Shown one piece after another: positions 9,588 to 20,255 of a stretch of DNA of 64,000 nt; position 1 is the stretch's first letter, and every line of letters starts with the position of its first letter. The position numbers and the translations under genes are program-made. Where the stretch lies: IMG/VR virus record IMGVR_UViG_2703718772_000011, one strand, 5' to 3'. A model generated the notes under the pieces. The model saw nothing but the letters and a program-made list of their open reading frames with translations. It searched no databases and was not told the DNA's origin. Origin of the DNA: a virus (lineage: Duplodnaviria; Heunggongvirae; Uroviricota; Caudoviricetes).

Positions 9588-11903
9588 TCAGATTTTGCAG
9601 GCTCCGTCGCACTCATCTTCTGGCTCGACGGCTACAGCTTGCGTAAGTGGATTCTGCGCTTCGTCGTCATCACGCTTTCCTGCACCATCTCTGGTGTTGT
9701 GGTAGTAAAGCGTTTTAACTCCCATCTTGTAGGCGAGAAGCAAATCTGACAGTAGCGTCATCATTGGGACTTTATCGCCTTCAAAGCGAGAAGGGTCATA
9801 GTTGGTATTGGCTGAAATAGCCTGGTCAAAGAACTTCTGGATGATCGCCACCTTTGTCAGATAGCCGCGGTTGTCCGGCATATCCCACAGGTATTCATAC
9901 TGTTCCTTCAGTTTTTCAAACTCAGGCACGACCATCTTAACGATGCCGTCCTTAGAAGATTTCACCGACACCGGTCCACGAGGCGGTTCGATGCCGTTGG
10001 TGGAATTAGTGATCTGGCTGGAAGTCTCGCATGGCATTTGTGCCGTCAGTGTGGAGTTGCGAAGGCCGTATTTTGCAATACGTTCACGGAGTTCTTCCCA
10101 CGGCATCTTTAACTCAAAGTTGGTTTCGCCACTTTCGTCTAATGAAGAACGGTAATGGTCGATCGGCAACTGACCAATTGCGTACTTGGTCTGCTCAAAC
10201 CAGTCACACTCACCTTTTGCTTCAGCAAGTCGGCAGCTGGCATCAAGAAGGTAATACTGGATAGCTTCGAACGTTTCATGCACCAGTTTATTGCCAGCGG
10301 TATCAGAATAAAGAACGCCATTCTTTGCCAGGTAATAAGCAAAGTTGGTTACACCAATTCCCAAGCTACGACGAGCTTTGGCAGGCACTTCGGCTGCCTC
10401 CATCGGATAGTCTTGATAATCCAGTAACGAATCCAGTGCAGCAACGGCATAGAACGCCACCTCTTTAAGAGACTCCAGTGAACGGATGGCTCCGAGGTTA
10501 AAAGCGGATAAAGTGCATAGCGCGATCTCACCGTTCGGGTCGTCGGTAAATGCCAGTGGACGAGTGGGTAGAGTGATCTCCATGCACAGGTTTGACTGGC
10601 GAACAGGTGCAAGAGCAGGAATGAAAGCGCCATGCTCGTTAATATGATCGACGTTCGCAATATAAATTCGGCCCGTGGACGCTCGTTCCTGCATCAGAGA
10701 TGAGAACAGCTCAATGGCAGGTACTGACTTCTTGCGAATTGAATCATCGGCTTCGTATTTATGGTACAGCTTTTCAAACAGCTCCTGGTCTGTGAAGAAG
10801 GCTTCGTACATATCAGGCACATCATGCGGGCTGAACAGAGTGATGTTCTCGCTTCTGACGAGTCGACGGTACATTAGACGGTTACTCATGACGCCGTAAT
10901 CAAGATGGCGAACGCGGTTTTCATCAATACCACGGTTATTTTTCACCACCAGCAGACTTTCAACTTCAAGATGCCAGATCGGGTAAAACGCTGTTGCTGC
11001 GCCACCACGAACACCACCTTGCGAACAAGATTTAACAGCCGTCTGGAAATGCTTCAGGAATGGAATAACTCCAGTATGGGTGGCTTCACCATTGCGGATC
11101 TCGCTGCCCAGCGCACGGATACGGCCAAAACCAATACCAATTCCAGCACGACGTGAAACGTAGTCGATAATTGCGGCTGAAGCTGCACTAATCCCTTTCA
11201 GACTATCGCCAGACTCAATCAGCACACAACTGGAGAACTGACGGGTTGGAGTACGGACGCCGGCCATGATTGGTGTGGGCAGAGACAGTTTGAACGTACT
11301 TGTAACGTCATAGAAACCTTTGACCATCTCCATACGTGTTTTGCCAGCGCAGTCGTCTTCCCAATTCTGGAACAGACACATGCCTACCAGCATATAGATA
11401 TGTTGCGGCCCCTCATGAATCTCACCAGTAACACGGTTTTGAACGAGGTATTTGCTTTGCAACTGCACCGTAGCTGCATAGCCAAAAAGATCGTCACGTT
11501 TCGGCTTAATGTAATTGCCGAGTTCTTCGATCTCTTCAAACGAATAATGTGTCAGCAAATCCTTGTCATAAACGCCCTTGTTAACGTTCTTGACAATGTG
11601 TTGGTAGAAGTTCGGATAGTCGTAACGACCGAAGGCATCTTTGCGGATTTTAAAAATGTTCAGGCGGGCAGCCACCTGTGAGTAATTTGGTGCTTCTGGT
11701 GAGATCAAATCAGCGGCAGATTTAACCAAAGCCTCATGCAACTGGCTGGTGGTAATCCCATCAAAAATGCTGGCCGCAGCTCCCATTGCTACAGCGGATG
11801 CGCTTACACCACGAATGCCTTCTACGCCATACATTACGACGCGGTTGTATTTTTCTTCGGATAACGGCTCTGTTTGGCCGTTACGTTTTACGATGCTTAT
11901 CAT
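9588..11903 (-). CDS. nrdA: ribonucleotide reductase class Ia alpha subunit
   Basis: 771 aa, N-terminal ATP-cone (VKRNGQTEP), catalytic-core motifs (SNLCMEI); size matches NrdA. Confidence 0.95.
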   Translation of the reverse strand: MISIVKRNGQTEPLSEEKYNRVVMYGVEGIRGVSASAVAMGAAASIFDGITTSQLHEALVKSAADLISPEAPNYSQVAARLNIFKIRKDAFGRYDYPNFYQHIVKNVNKGVYDKDLLTHYSFEEIEELGNYIKPKRDDLFGYAATVQLQSKYLVQNRVTGEIHEGPQHIYMLVGMCLFQNWEDDCAGKTRMEMVKGFYDVTSTFKLSLPTPIMAGVRTPTRQFSSCVLIESGDSLKGISAASAAIIDYVSRRAGIGIGFGRIRALGSEIRNGEATHTGVIPFLKHFQTAVKSCSQGGVRGGAATAFYPIWHLEVESLLVVKNNRGIDENRVRHLDYGVMSNRLMYRRLVRSENITLFSPHDVPDMYEAFFTDQELFEKLYHKYEADDSIRKKSVPAIELFSSLMQERASTGRIYIANVDHINEHGAFIPALAPVRQSNLCMEITLPTRPLAFTDDPNGEIALCTLSAFNLGAIRSLESLKEVAFYAVAALDSLLDYQDYPMEAAEVPAKARRSLGIGVTNFAYYLAKNGVLYSDTAGNKLVHETFEAIQYYLLDASCRLAEAKGECDWFEQTKYAIGQLPIDHYRSSLDESGETNFELKMPWEELRERIAKYGLRNSTLTAQMPCETSSQITNSTNGIEPPRGPVSVKSSKDGIVKMVVPEFEKLKEQYEYLWDMPDNRGYLTKVAIIQKFFDQAISANTNYDPSRFEGDKVPMMTLLSDLLLAYKMGVKTLYYHNTRDGAGKRDDDEAQNPLTQAVAVEPEDECDGACKI

Positions 11904-11976
11904 GTATCACCAAATAAAGAGGGCCACTAAATATAGTGGCCCATGTTAATAGATAAGCACTTACCTATCAATGAAA

Positions 11977-12546
11977 TCAAATGAGAGACTTAAGAACATC
12001 GCGCACCTGGCGGAACTGATCTGTTTGCATACCGGTATGGATGGCAGCCACCGCATCAGCCAAATGTTCGTTTTTGTTCACGAGAACATCCTGTCCAGAT
12101 TGCTTACGACGCAGCCACGGTGCTTTAGGGTGTTTTTTCGTAGCCCACTGGATAATCTCTTCTTTCGATGTAGTAAGTTTATTGCCGACAAAATGCTTGA
12201 TTTCGTTTGGAGTGACCTGGATCAATGGCTTATCCACACACGCAAGTACACCGATACAAATACCGTAAGACGTCTGCGAACGAGAGTTTTGGCTCCCAAC
12301 CGGTAGTTCACAAAAAACCATATTCGCCTTATCAATGATTGGCTTCGCAACACGCCATATTTCACTGGCACGGCGCAGATCGTCACTGTTCACACGAACG
12401 GTCTTTTTGTTACTCCCCGCTTTAGTCTCAACAAGAGTAAGGCCGTGAATCTCAAGTTCGTCCGTCTCAAGGTCTAAAGTGCCCACAGCAAGCCCAAAGT
12501 TGCTCATTGAGGGATCAACACCAACTACGCTGATTTTTTTACTCAT
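11977..12546 (-). CDS. RuvC-like Holliday-junction resolvase (putative)
   Basis: N-terminal VVGVDPSMSNFGLAV and C-terminal HLADAVAA resemble RuvC catalytic motifs. Confidence 0.55.
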   Translation of the reverse strand: MSKKISVVGVDPSMSNFGLAVGTLDLETDELEIHGLTLVETKAGSNKKTVRVNSDDLRRASEIWRVAKPIIDKANMVFCELPVGSQNSRSQTSYGICIGVLACVDKPLIQVTPNEIKHFVGNKLTTSKEEIIQWATKKHPKAPWLRRKQSGQDVLVNKNEHLADAVAAIHTGMQTDQFRQVRDVLKSLI

Positions 12547-12555
12547 ATAGTCTCC

Positions 12556-13299
12556 TTACCATGTTCCCCATATAGGGTTTTCCAATAATCTCGCCTCCAA
12601 CGAATTGGCTACTATTGCCGTTTGCAACGTTGGTTGGGGATAGTTTGCAAAGTCTGAATACTCATTTTCCTGCGTGACACGTTTATCTACGGCATGTTTA
12701 ACGCCACTTGCTATGAAATGACGCATGATGCCCAACAGCCTCCGACTGTCTGCACTATCGTTTGCTAAAACATGAGGGAGCTGAAGTTCGATTTCTACCA
12801 TTTCTCCATACTTACCAACAAACTGTAGTTTGTCCGCACTGTACTTTTTATCCCTCCTTTGGATAAGGAAACCAGTAAAAGCATCACCTGGCGATGCCAA
12901 ACTATCCACCCGCTTATTGGCAAGTCGAATAAGGTTCGTGAAAGCCATACAGTGATGCGCACCCATTCCCCCAAAGAACCCTTCGCTATTAATGTTAAGA
13001 TCTTCAGTTTCATGGGATGCAATAAACCCAGGCCCGACGTTGGGAAGATATCCCCCCTCAACAAAAGGATTAATCAGGATCGGCGCAATACATCCAGGTG
13101 GTAGTGATTTCAAACTTTGCATCAATGGCGTCTCGGATATTAGACCAAGCAACGCGGCGAATTGTACTCCGTCAATATTGTTGCTGCCCCACAGAATACG
13201 TGGAGCCGCACCATTGGAAGTATGCCCATTGATCAGTTTTATCGACTGCATCACTGCAAATACCTGCAAAAACTGCGAGCGGCTTAATTTAAACGACAT
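12556..13299 (-). CDS. hypothetical protein (247 aa)
   Basis: ORF immediately downstream of the SbcC-like gene. Confidence 0.5.
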   Translation of the reverse strand: MSFKLSRSQFLQVFAVMQSIKLINGHTSNGAAPRILWGSNNIDGVQFAALLGLISETPLMQSLKSLPPGCIAPILINPFVEGGYLPNVGPGFIASHETEDLNINSEGFFGGMGAHHCMAFTNLIRLANKRVDSLASPGDAFTGFLIQRRDKKYSADKLQFVGKYGEMVEIELQLPHVLANDSADSRRLLGIMRHFIASGVKHAVDKRVTQENEYSDFANYPQPTLQTAIVANSLEARLLENPIWGTW

Positions 13300-15205
13300 A
13301 GCTGCGCCCCTCTTTAACTTCCAGCGTAATAGTTTCCCGGAACCATGACTTCATCTCTTTATGGGAGATAATCAGCACAGTACCTCGCTCGCGAGCTTTG
13401 GACTCCAGAATACCCATGAGGCGTTCAAGACCGGCTGTATCGAGTGCATCGTCAATTTCGTCGCCGATAAACAAATCGATGTTTTTACTCGCCCGGTTAC
13501 TAACCAGATCCTGCAATGCCAAAGAACACGCAATGCGAACCTTCCGCTTCTCACCACCAGAGAGGGTCTGGAACGACTTACTTGAACCTTTCTTCTGCAC
13601 ACTAATGTTGAATTTGTCGCGATACTCACCTTTTTTAGTGACATCCATCGTCGACCACTCAGCAGTAATATTCCCGTCAGACAACGTATTGAGATACTCG
13701 GCAGTGCGTGTATTCAGGAAAGGCGTAACAGACGTCAAAATATGAGAACGCACCCCGGCAGGAGAGTAGACCTGACGAGCTTTTTCCAATAGCAACGTTT
13801 GTTCCTGAATAGCCTTCAACTCATCTTTTAAGGACTTGAAGGTAGACTTACTGGATACCAGGTTATCTTCGTGTCTGGCGATAAGAGCAATAAACGGATT
13901 AATCTCTTTTGATATACGATCGACCTCAGTACGAGCACGAGTCACAAGAGACTCAATAGCAACAACCTCCTTCTCACGATGACGCAAAGATGAGAGTTGT
14001 TTCGTAAGCTCTTCAATCCGGGCAATGATAGCCGTTACATCAGGTGTCGTTTTAACAAGGGCAGACTCAATGCTTAACGCTTTCTCAAGATTCGTTTTGT
14101 GTTTAGCCATTGCCTCTGCAAGTGTCTTCGCCTGACCAATTTCCTGACGTGCTTGTTCAATGAAACTCTCCTTCACCGTTGATAGATCTTCTTCGCAGTA
14201 GGCTTTGCCACAAGTAGGGCATGGTGATCCCACTTTAGTACCAACCTCTTCTGCTTTGGTCTTAAAATTACGCGCGCGGTTCATTGCATCAGCCTGACTA
14301 TTTTCTGTAGCTTTGATGCTTGCCCGAATATCAGTTATCGCACCACGAACTTTGAGCAACTTGGCGTCATGTTCTTCTTTTGAGGCTAACTTTTTGCGCT
14401 CACTTTCGATTGCCTTCTCGGTATCACGTATCTGTTCGGGAAGAGTGCGGATCTCAAGTTCAACTTCCGTTAACTCAACTTCGGCACTGGCCAGCCCAGC
14501 CAGGGCATCGTCATAACGTTTAGAACGCTCTTGCTCCCATGATTCAGAGGAGGCTTTCGCTGACTCAATTTCTGACTGTGTTGCCTCAATGGTCGAGATT
14601 GTCGACTCCAATTTGGTTTTAACCACATCCATACGTGCGGCAGCTGCATTAGCTCGCTCACGAGCAATAGCGTAGGCGCGTGTCAGTCTGTCAACGCCAG
14701 CGGCTTCTTCTACGATGGTTTTGAGGTTTTTGTCGGACATTCCAGGTAAATCTGGCATAGCTTCTTGGCTCGCATAGATGGAAGCCATGAAAACCTCTTT
14801 AGATGCACCGATCAGACGCTCGACGAACTCCTGCGTCAGCGCATCTTTGCCTTTCGTCATATCGCCATCTTCACCACGAACGATAAGACGATTTTTGAAC
14901 TCTTTGTGTTTACGGTGACGAATGATTGCGTATCTCTTGCCTTCATCCTCGATGGTTACTGCAACACGACAGTTCTTTTCATGGTCGGTAGACAACACAT
15001 CGTCACCCTTCACACCATGAGCTGTTTCGCCATAAAGACACCACATCAGGCTATTCATTAGAGTTGACTTTCCAGAGCCATTACTTGATGCGGAACTATC
15101 ATCACTATTAACACCCTGAATAAGCACTAAACCACGCTGATCTAACTCGACCTCCGCGCTGGCGATAGCCATAAAATTCTCAACCTGGAGCTTTAAAAAC
15201 TTCAT
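13289..15205 (-). CDS. SbcC/Rad50-like recombination ATPase
   Basis: Walker A (SNGSGKST), long coiled-coil middle, ABC signature LSGGEKRK, Walker B LFIGDEID. Confidence 0.85.
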   Translation of the reverse strand: MKFLKLQVENFMAIASAEVELDQRGLVLIQGVNSDDSSASSNGSGKSTLMNSLMWCLYGETAHGVKGDDVLSTDHEKNCRVAVTIEDEGKRYAIIRHRKHKEFKNRLIVRGEDGDMTKGKDALTQEFVERLIGASKEVFMASIYASQEAMPDLPGMSDKNLKTIVEEAAGVDRLTRAYAIARERANAAAARMDVVKTKLESTISTIEATQSEIESAKASSESWEQERSKRYDDALAGLASAEVELTEVELEIRTLPEQIRDTEKAIESERKKLASKEEHDAKLLKVRGAITDIRASIKATENSQADAMNRARNFKTKAEEVGTKVGSPCPTCGKAYCEEDLSTVKESFIEQARQEIGQAKTLAEAMAKHKTNLEKALSIESALVKTTPDVTAIIARIEELTKQLSSLRHREKEVVAIESLVTRARTEVDRISKEINPFIALIARHEDNLVSSKSTFKSLKDELKAIQEQTLLLEKARQVYSPAGVRSHILTSVTPFLNTRTAEYLNTLSDGNITAEWSTMDVTKKGEYRDKFNISVQKKGSSKSFQTLSGGEKRKVRIACSLALQDLVSNRASKNIDLFIGDEIDDALDTAGLERLMGILESKARERGTVLIISHKEMKSWFRETITLEVKEGRSYVV

Positions 15206-15434
15206 ATAACACCTCTGATACCGTGTGTTAGCTTTTGGCCTTCTTTCAATCTGAACTCCGTATGCGCCGGGAAGGATCTGCGCCTCAATACGCCTTTTCT
15301 TGTTAACCTTCCAAGATAAAACGCTACGGGATTTCCTTGTGGCGGGTAGGGCTTGTGAAACATCACCGTCTGGCCTCGTTCAAGTCTTTTCATCGTGATG
15401 GCAAAGTCTCGAAAGCTCCCATAACGACTTTGCT

Positions 15435-16520
15435 TCACACAGCCTCCGAACTCTCCGCTTCGGTGAGGATTTCCTGACACAAAATATCCAATTTGCTCAG
15501 ATCAAATCCGCCGTCAGTATCGTGGACAATCTTGCAATAAGCAGATACCGACGCTCCCAGGCTATCGATTTTGCTGGTTTCAGTTGTGCTGGCTGTACCT
15601 TCCATCATTGATGACTTACGGATGAAGTTGCACACGACACCTTTTGCACCCATTGTTTTGAGGATGTTCTGGTACTTAATGCCTTCTTCATCGTTCTCAA
15701 TTACGGCGCGGAAACGCACGTAGTTGCCGCGAATTTGGTCATCAGCAACATCATCTTCCAGGTTAATGAATTTAGGCGCACTGGTTTCGTAGTGACTGAA
15801 ACTGCCGTCCGGGTTTACGATCATGTAGCCCGCCAGAGATCCAACATCTCCCCAATTTTGATGAGTCAGTGCACCGACACTGATAACTCCAGGAATGACC
15901 TCTTTGTGGTTGTGGTAATGCCCACTAAGCACGAGACGAAAGCCGATATCCTTTAACTCCTGCGCATCGATACCGACGTCAGGCATTGTTGGAATGGCTT
16001 TGTTAATGGATGTATGGATAACAACGTCATGATTATCACCTTCTACGCTCTTACGTAATGCTTTCAGATCGCTGATAAGCTCCGCATGATTGTTACGCCA
16101 GCTAATCAGGTGGACAGTCACATCGCCAATTTTTATTGAGTGTGGGCGCTTGCCACATACGATTACCACGCCGATAGAACTCAGCGATGCTGCTGCGTTG
16201 GCGCTATATACTGAATCGTTGGTTTCAAGATCGTGATTACCGGCCAGCATTACTACTGTCAGATCAAGCTCGTTGATAATCCACTTGTACGTTTCAGTTA
16301 CGTAATGCAAAACAGAAGGGGACACAGTTCCTCGGACGTGAAATGTATCACCGGCAACCAACATGTACTTACAACCGGCCTTCTTCATGGCGATGGCTGC
16401 TTCTTTCGTTGCTTCCAACTGTATTTCAAGTATGGAGTTAAGCCCCTCAGCGTTCGTCGTGGAGAACGCATCCCATTTATGGTAGTGGCAGTCAGAAATG
16501 ACGCCGTATGGCAAAGTCAT
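15435..16520 (-). CDS. SbcD/Mre11-like nuclease
   Basis: Calcineurin-like phosphoesterase motifs (SDCHYH, AGDTFH, GNHD). Confidence 0.85.
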   Translation of the reverse strand: MTLPYGVISDCHYHKWDAFSTTNAEGLNSILEIQLEATKEAAIAMKKAGCKYMLVAGDTFHVRGTVSPSVLHYVTETYKWIINELDLTVVMLAGNHDLETNDSVYSANAAASLSSIGVVIVCGKRPHSIKIGDVTVHLISWRNNHAELISDLKALRKSVEGDNHDVVIHTSINKAIPTMPDVGIDAQELKDIGFRLVLSGHYHNHKEVIPGVISVGALTHQNWGDVGSLAGYMIVNPDGSFSHYETSAPKFINLEDDVADDQIRGNYVRFRAVIENDEEGIKYQNILKTMGAKGVVCNFIRKSSMMEGTASTTETSKIDSLGASVSAYCKIVHDTDGGFDLSKLDILCQEILTEAESSEAV

Positions 16521-16774
16521 GTGTTTTTCCTTTGTGGTTATTTTGATACAAATTCTAAGAGCAATGAGGAGGTAAACAACTATGCATAACGGTATGTTAG
16601 GAATGAAACGAGCGCCTTAATATACAAAATTTATAAGTAAGTATATACCTATTTATCGTGGCGCAACTTTGCTTGTCTGTATGACTAAAAATAAGACAGG
16701 ATCACTGTAGAACGCTATGAGAGCTATTTTGAGGGGGCGTAGATTCTATCTACGCCAATATACGATCTGGAGGG

Positions 16775-17419
16775 TTACAGCGCGTCAGTGGGCTTTTTAC
16801 GCGCTGCATTTATGCTTATGACGCCAGCTTTAGGACGTGGATCGACAAGGTTCAGTTCTTCTTCGCTATGGTATTCAAGGTCGAACTCACGTTTTACATG
16901 TCTGATGTAGATTGCAGTGAGCAGGCTATCTTTGGTCAGGAAGTGTCCGTAGGATTTGCGGATCACTTCTTCAACCTTCTCGATTTTCTCACCACCCATG
17001 CAGAGGTGATTAAACCGGCTGTGTTTCCGCAACATCTCGTCAACTGGGCCTGAGTAAACCTTGTCTACTTTCCCAAAACGAATGATTTTTCCTGTATCTG
17101 CGGATACAAGGCAAATCAGTTTGTCTGGTGATAAACGATCTCGCCACGTTACTCCTGAACGGAGTGTGTTGAAGTAGGGCGCATCCAATCCGATGATCGG
17201 TTTACGAAATGCGAGCAATGGAACGTACCTGATACAACTATTCAAATGAAAGTTCACACCAGCCTTATCAAGTTTAATTCTGGTTTCGTAGATCGGGCAC
17301 TTCGCCGCTATACCGCAGATATCACAAAGTAACTTCTGCTTATTCAGGTTGGAATTTGATTCGATAGTGTAGGAGCCGTCCTCAAGACGACGAACCCAGC
17401 GCGTGCGTTTTAGATCCAT
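16775..17419 (-). CDS. hypothetical Cys-containing protein (214 aa)
   Basis: ORF; CDICG...C cluster; no confident family. Confidence 0.5.
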   Translation of the reverse strand: MDLKRTRWVRRLEDGSYTIESNSNLNKQKLLCDICGIAAKCPIYETRIKLDKAGVNFHLNSCIRYVPLLAFRKPIIGLDAPYFNTLRSGVTWRDRLSPDKLICLVSADTGKIIRFGKVDKVYSGPVDEMLRKHSRFNHLCMGGEKIEKVEEVIRKSYGHFLTKDSLLTAIYIRHVKREFDLEYHSEEELNLVDPRPKAGVISINAARKKPTDAL

Positions 17420-17520
17420 AATCGTTTTTTCAGTAGTTATTGGCCGATGCTACGATAACTCATTAGGCATACCTTAATCTGCATTTGCCTGTTTTACTTA
17501 TCCCAGTTATCCACTGGATA

Positions 17521-17578
17521 GATCCAAATAAGAGATCCCAAGTAAGATCAAATAGAAGATCCAAAGAGATCCCCGATC
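17521..17578. promoter_or_regulatory. cluster of six GATC sites in about 12-bp AGATCC(A) repeats
   Basis: GATC at 17521, 17534, 17546, 17558, 17568, 17575; resembles Dam-methylatable heptamer repeats of P1 oriR. Confidence 0.6.
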
Positions 17579-17617
17579 GCCTCTAGCCGTTGCGGTTACT
17601 GGTCTGAAAGGGTGTTG

Positions 17618-17725
17618 CCATCCACTATGGAGAGCAAAGAAACCTCTGTAGAGAGCTGAATAACCGCTATGAAGAGTAAAACAACCACTCTGGAGAGCTG
17701 TATATATCCACTGTAGAGAGTAGAG
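17618..17725 (+). repeat. iteron array A: five direct repeats (consensus aaCCACTATAGAGAGc) at 21-22 bp period
   Basis: Repeats at 17621, 17643, 17663, 17685, 17707. Confidence 0.8.
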
Positions 17726-17879
17726 CACATTGTCTTTTATGGATAACTTAATGACTTAATTCTTCATTAACATACTGATATACATAGATATATTTTAAAC
17801 TCTACTCTTAGTCATGATTCTTATGTCCTTAAATATCCACAGAAGAGTAGAGTTACCTGTTCTTGAAATCCTCTGATTT

Positions 17880-17888
17880 TTATCCACA
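17880..17888 (+). promoter_or_regulatory. consensus DnaA box TTATCCACA
   Basis: Exact 9-mer; one-mismatch copy ATATCCACA at 17833..17841; inside AT-rich segment 17730..17880 followed by GATC sites at 17894, 17908, 17949, 17994. Confidence 0.55.
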
Positions 17889-18000
17889 GGCCCGATCCAG
17901 TAATTCAGATCACAAAGAGAACCAAAGAGACCCATAAAGACCCAATAAGATCCCCGCCCACCTCAAACCGTTGTGCCATCTGCCTTCAGACATGATCGAT

Positions 18001-18122
18001 ATCCACTATAGAGAGCGAATAATCCACTATAGGGAGCAAAGCAACCACTATAGAGAGGAGAAAAACCACTATAGACGGTAGGATAACCGCTGTGATGAGT
18101 GCTACTATCCACTGTAATCAGC
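18001..18122 (+). repeat. iteron array B: six direct repeats immediately upstream of the rep gene
   Basis: atccactatagagagc-type units at 18001, 18022, 18043, 18064, 18085, 18107. Confidence 0.8.
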
Positions 18123-18162
18123 AAAGGCCACCAAAGCCGTCGAATAACAAGAGACATTTGGA

Positions 18163-19218
18163 ATGAGCGAAAACGGCAATAAAAACATAGCGATCGTTGA
18201 AGCATTTTCAGAAACAGATAAAAAGACAGGCGAAGTTGTTACGTTGGTTCCTAACACTAATAACACTGTTCAGCCTGTTGCTTTGATGCGTCTGGGCCTC
18301 TTCGTTCCGACGCTGAAATCGACATCCAGAGGAAGAAAGGGGCAAATGGTCTCTATGGATGCCTCTGCTGAACTCAAACAGCTGTCTCTGGCAAAAGCCG
18401 AAGGGTACGAAGACATAAGGATCTCTGGCCTTCGGCTTGATATGGATAACGACTTTAAAACGTGGGTGGGAATAATCCACGCGTTTGCCAAACACAAGGT
18501 TGTTGGCGATACTGTCACGTTGCCGTTCGTTGAGTTTGTAAGGCTGTGTGGCATTCCGACCGCCAGGTCATCAGCGAAGTTACGCAAACGCCTGGACAGT
18601 TCGCTAAGCCGTATTGCCACAAATACCATCTCGTTCCGTAGCAAAGGCTCTGATGAGTTTTACGTAACGCATCTTGTGCAAACGGCAAAATATAGTGTCA
18701 AGCACGATACGGTCGAACTGAAAGCAGATCCCAAGATTTTCGAACTCTACCAGTTCGACAAAAAGGTTCTTCTGCAACTCCGGGCTATAAACGAACTCTC
18801 AAGAAAAGAATCCGCTCAGGCGCTTTATACTTTTATTGAAAGTTTGCCGCCTGATCCGGCACCAATATCACTAGCCCGTTTACGCGCCAGACTTAATCTG
18901 ACAAGTCGCACTATTACTCAGAATGCGACGGTAAGAAAGGCTATGGAACAGCTGCGAGAGATAGGATATCTCGATTACACGGAAGTTAAGCGCGGAAACT
19001 CGGTCTACTTCGTCATCCACTATAGGCGGCCAAAGTTACGCCAGGCACAAATATCAACAAAAATCGATAATGATGAGACGGAATATAGCCTCCCAGATGA
19101 GAATCAAGATGACATTATCGACGTTGTGCCTGACGAAAAAGAAGGCAAAATGGTCATGTTGAGTAAAGAAGAACTGGCGCTTCTCGAAGAGTTGCGCAAG
19201 GCAAAGACTCGCAAATAG
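18163..19218 (+). CDS. repA: iteron-binding replication initiator (RepA-like)
   Basis: Only plus-strand gene in this region, flanked on both sides by iteron arrays with origin-like elements upstream; P1 oriR-repA-incA-like layout. Assignment by context. Confidence 0.6.
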   Translation: MSENGNKNIAIVEAFSETDKKTGEVVTLVPNTNNTVQPVALMRLGLFVPTLKSTSRGRKGQMVSMDASAELKQLSLAKAEGYEDIRISGLRLDMDNDFKTWVGIIHAFAKHKVVGDTVTLPFVEFVRLCGIPTARSSAKLRKRLDSSLSRIATNTISFRSKGSDEFYVTHLVQTAKYSVKHDTVELKADPKIFELYQFDKKVLLQLRAINELSRKESAQALYTFIESLPPDPAPISLARLRARLNLTSRTITQNATVRKAMEQLREIGYLDYTEVKRGNSVYFVIHYRRPKLRQAQISTKIDNDETEYSLPDENQDDIIDVVPDEKEGKMVMLSKEELALLEELRKAKTRK

Positions 19219-19219
19219 C

Positions 19220-19703
19220 CCAACCACTGTAGTTAGTAGTAAGGCTCACTATCCACTGTAGTGAGCCTTACTTATATCTGTAATTCGCTATCCACTATAG
19301 TGAGTATCGTTATCTGTTGATAACCACTGTAGGCAGTAGAATGCAAATACTGAATTAAATGTTAGTGATCACTAACACTGATGAAACAAGGGCTGCGAGG
19401 TTAGTGGTCACTGGGTATCTTGGAAAATTTACTGTCTATAGTGGTTGTTGTCGCCCTCATCTTTGAGCGTATCCACTGTGGCGAGTGGATATCCACTGAA
19501 AACAGCAAAGGCTTACTCACCATAGTGGATACCCGCTGGACATCTCACTCCAATACTCACCATAGTGGTTGTTTGATGCGAATGAAAGGCTGTCTACTCG
19601 CTACAGTGGTTAGCAGATATGTAGGAAGGTTTTGTTACTGACTACAGTGGATAATGAGCTGGATACGAATGCGGTGAGCAGACTACTCACCGCAGTGGTT
19701 GGT
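19220..19703. repeat. iteron array C: about 12 CCACTRTAG-type iterons in both orientations downstream of the rep gene
   Basis: Direct copies near 19225-19335 and inverted copies (CTAYAGTGG) near 19432-19703. Confidence 0.75.
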
Positions 19704-19707
19704 GCTA

Positions 19708-19920
19708 TTAGTGTATTTTCTTCAACAGACCCCAAAGTGTTCCGGCTTTTGTAGTCAGTTTTCCTGTTTCTGGATCGTACATACGCCATTCACGCCGCTG
19801 GTGGACGATATACCCATCTTCACGTTCCAGACGCTCAAGAATGCCAGGCTGCTTGAAACCCTTAGCACGCCAGTAGCCGCTTGTTTTCTCGATTTCCAGA
19901 CCTGCCAGTGTTAATGCCAT
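19708..19920 (-). CDS. hypothetical protein (70 aa)
   Basis: Small ORF, start overlaps the stop of the upstream gene. Confidence 0.4.
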   Translation of the reverse strand: MALTLAGLEIEKTSGYWRAKGFKQPGILERLEREDGYIVHQRREWRMYDPETGKLTTKAGTLWGLLKKIH

Positions 19921-20255
19921 TATCCAACCTCCTTGCAGTCATCGAAAAGGTAGCTTTGCTGAGAAGCGTGAACGCCATAGAAGCCCTTGTATTTGTTGTA
20001 TACGAAGTGGTCTTCTCCGACGCCGGTTAATTTGCCATTACGATTTGTGAGATATGGGGATGACAACACTCGATCGTCACGCACAACATAGAACTGGTCG
20101 CCGCTGTCTACGACCATCGCTCCATATGGTGCTTTTATGACGTCGGTAAGAGCGCCATTCTTAACGTCGGCTACAGACATTTCACACTGATAAACAGTGG
20201 TGTCGGCCACAACGATCGAAGAAAGGAACAACAGCGCGAATGGGATGGCCTTCAT
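19920..20255 (-). CDS. predicted secreted protein (111 aa)
   Basis: N-terminal signal-peptide-like segment MKAIPFALLFLSSIVVA. Confidence 0.5.
   Translation of the reverse strand: MKAIPFALLFLSSIVVADTTVYQCEMSVADVKNGALTDVIKAPYGAMVVDSGDQFYVVRDDRVLSSPYLTNRNGKLTGVGEDHFVYNKYKGFYGVHASQQSYLFDDCKEVG

Noticed and set aside
15202-15480. ORF 15202..15480 (92 aa) between the SbcD-like and SbcC-like genes
   Set aside because: Arg/Gly-rich, overlaps the SbcD-like gene end and fills a 230-bp intergenic gap; no RBS or start context like neighbouring genes. The gap might hold an RNA element, but I could not support it.
17507-18205. ORFs 17507..17728 and 17963..18205 on the minus strand
   Set aside because: They span the iteron arrays, the DnaA box and the GATC clusters; their openness comes from the repeat structure, and the region reads as an origin.
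17618-19703. Possible CRISPR array (regularly spaced repeats)
   Set aside because: Repeats are 21-22 bp units in direct contact without unique spacers of constant length, occur in both orientations, and flank a rep gene; these are iterons.
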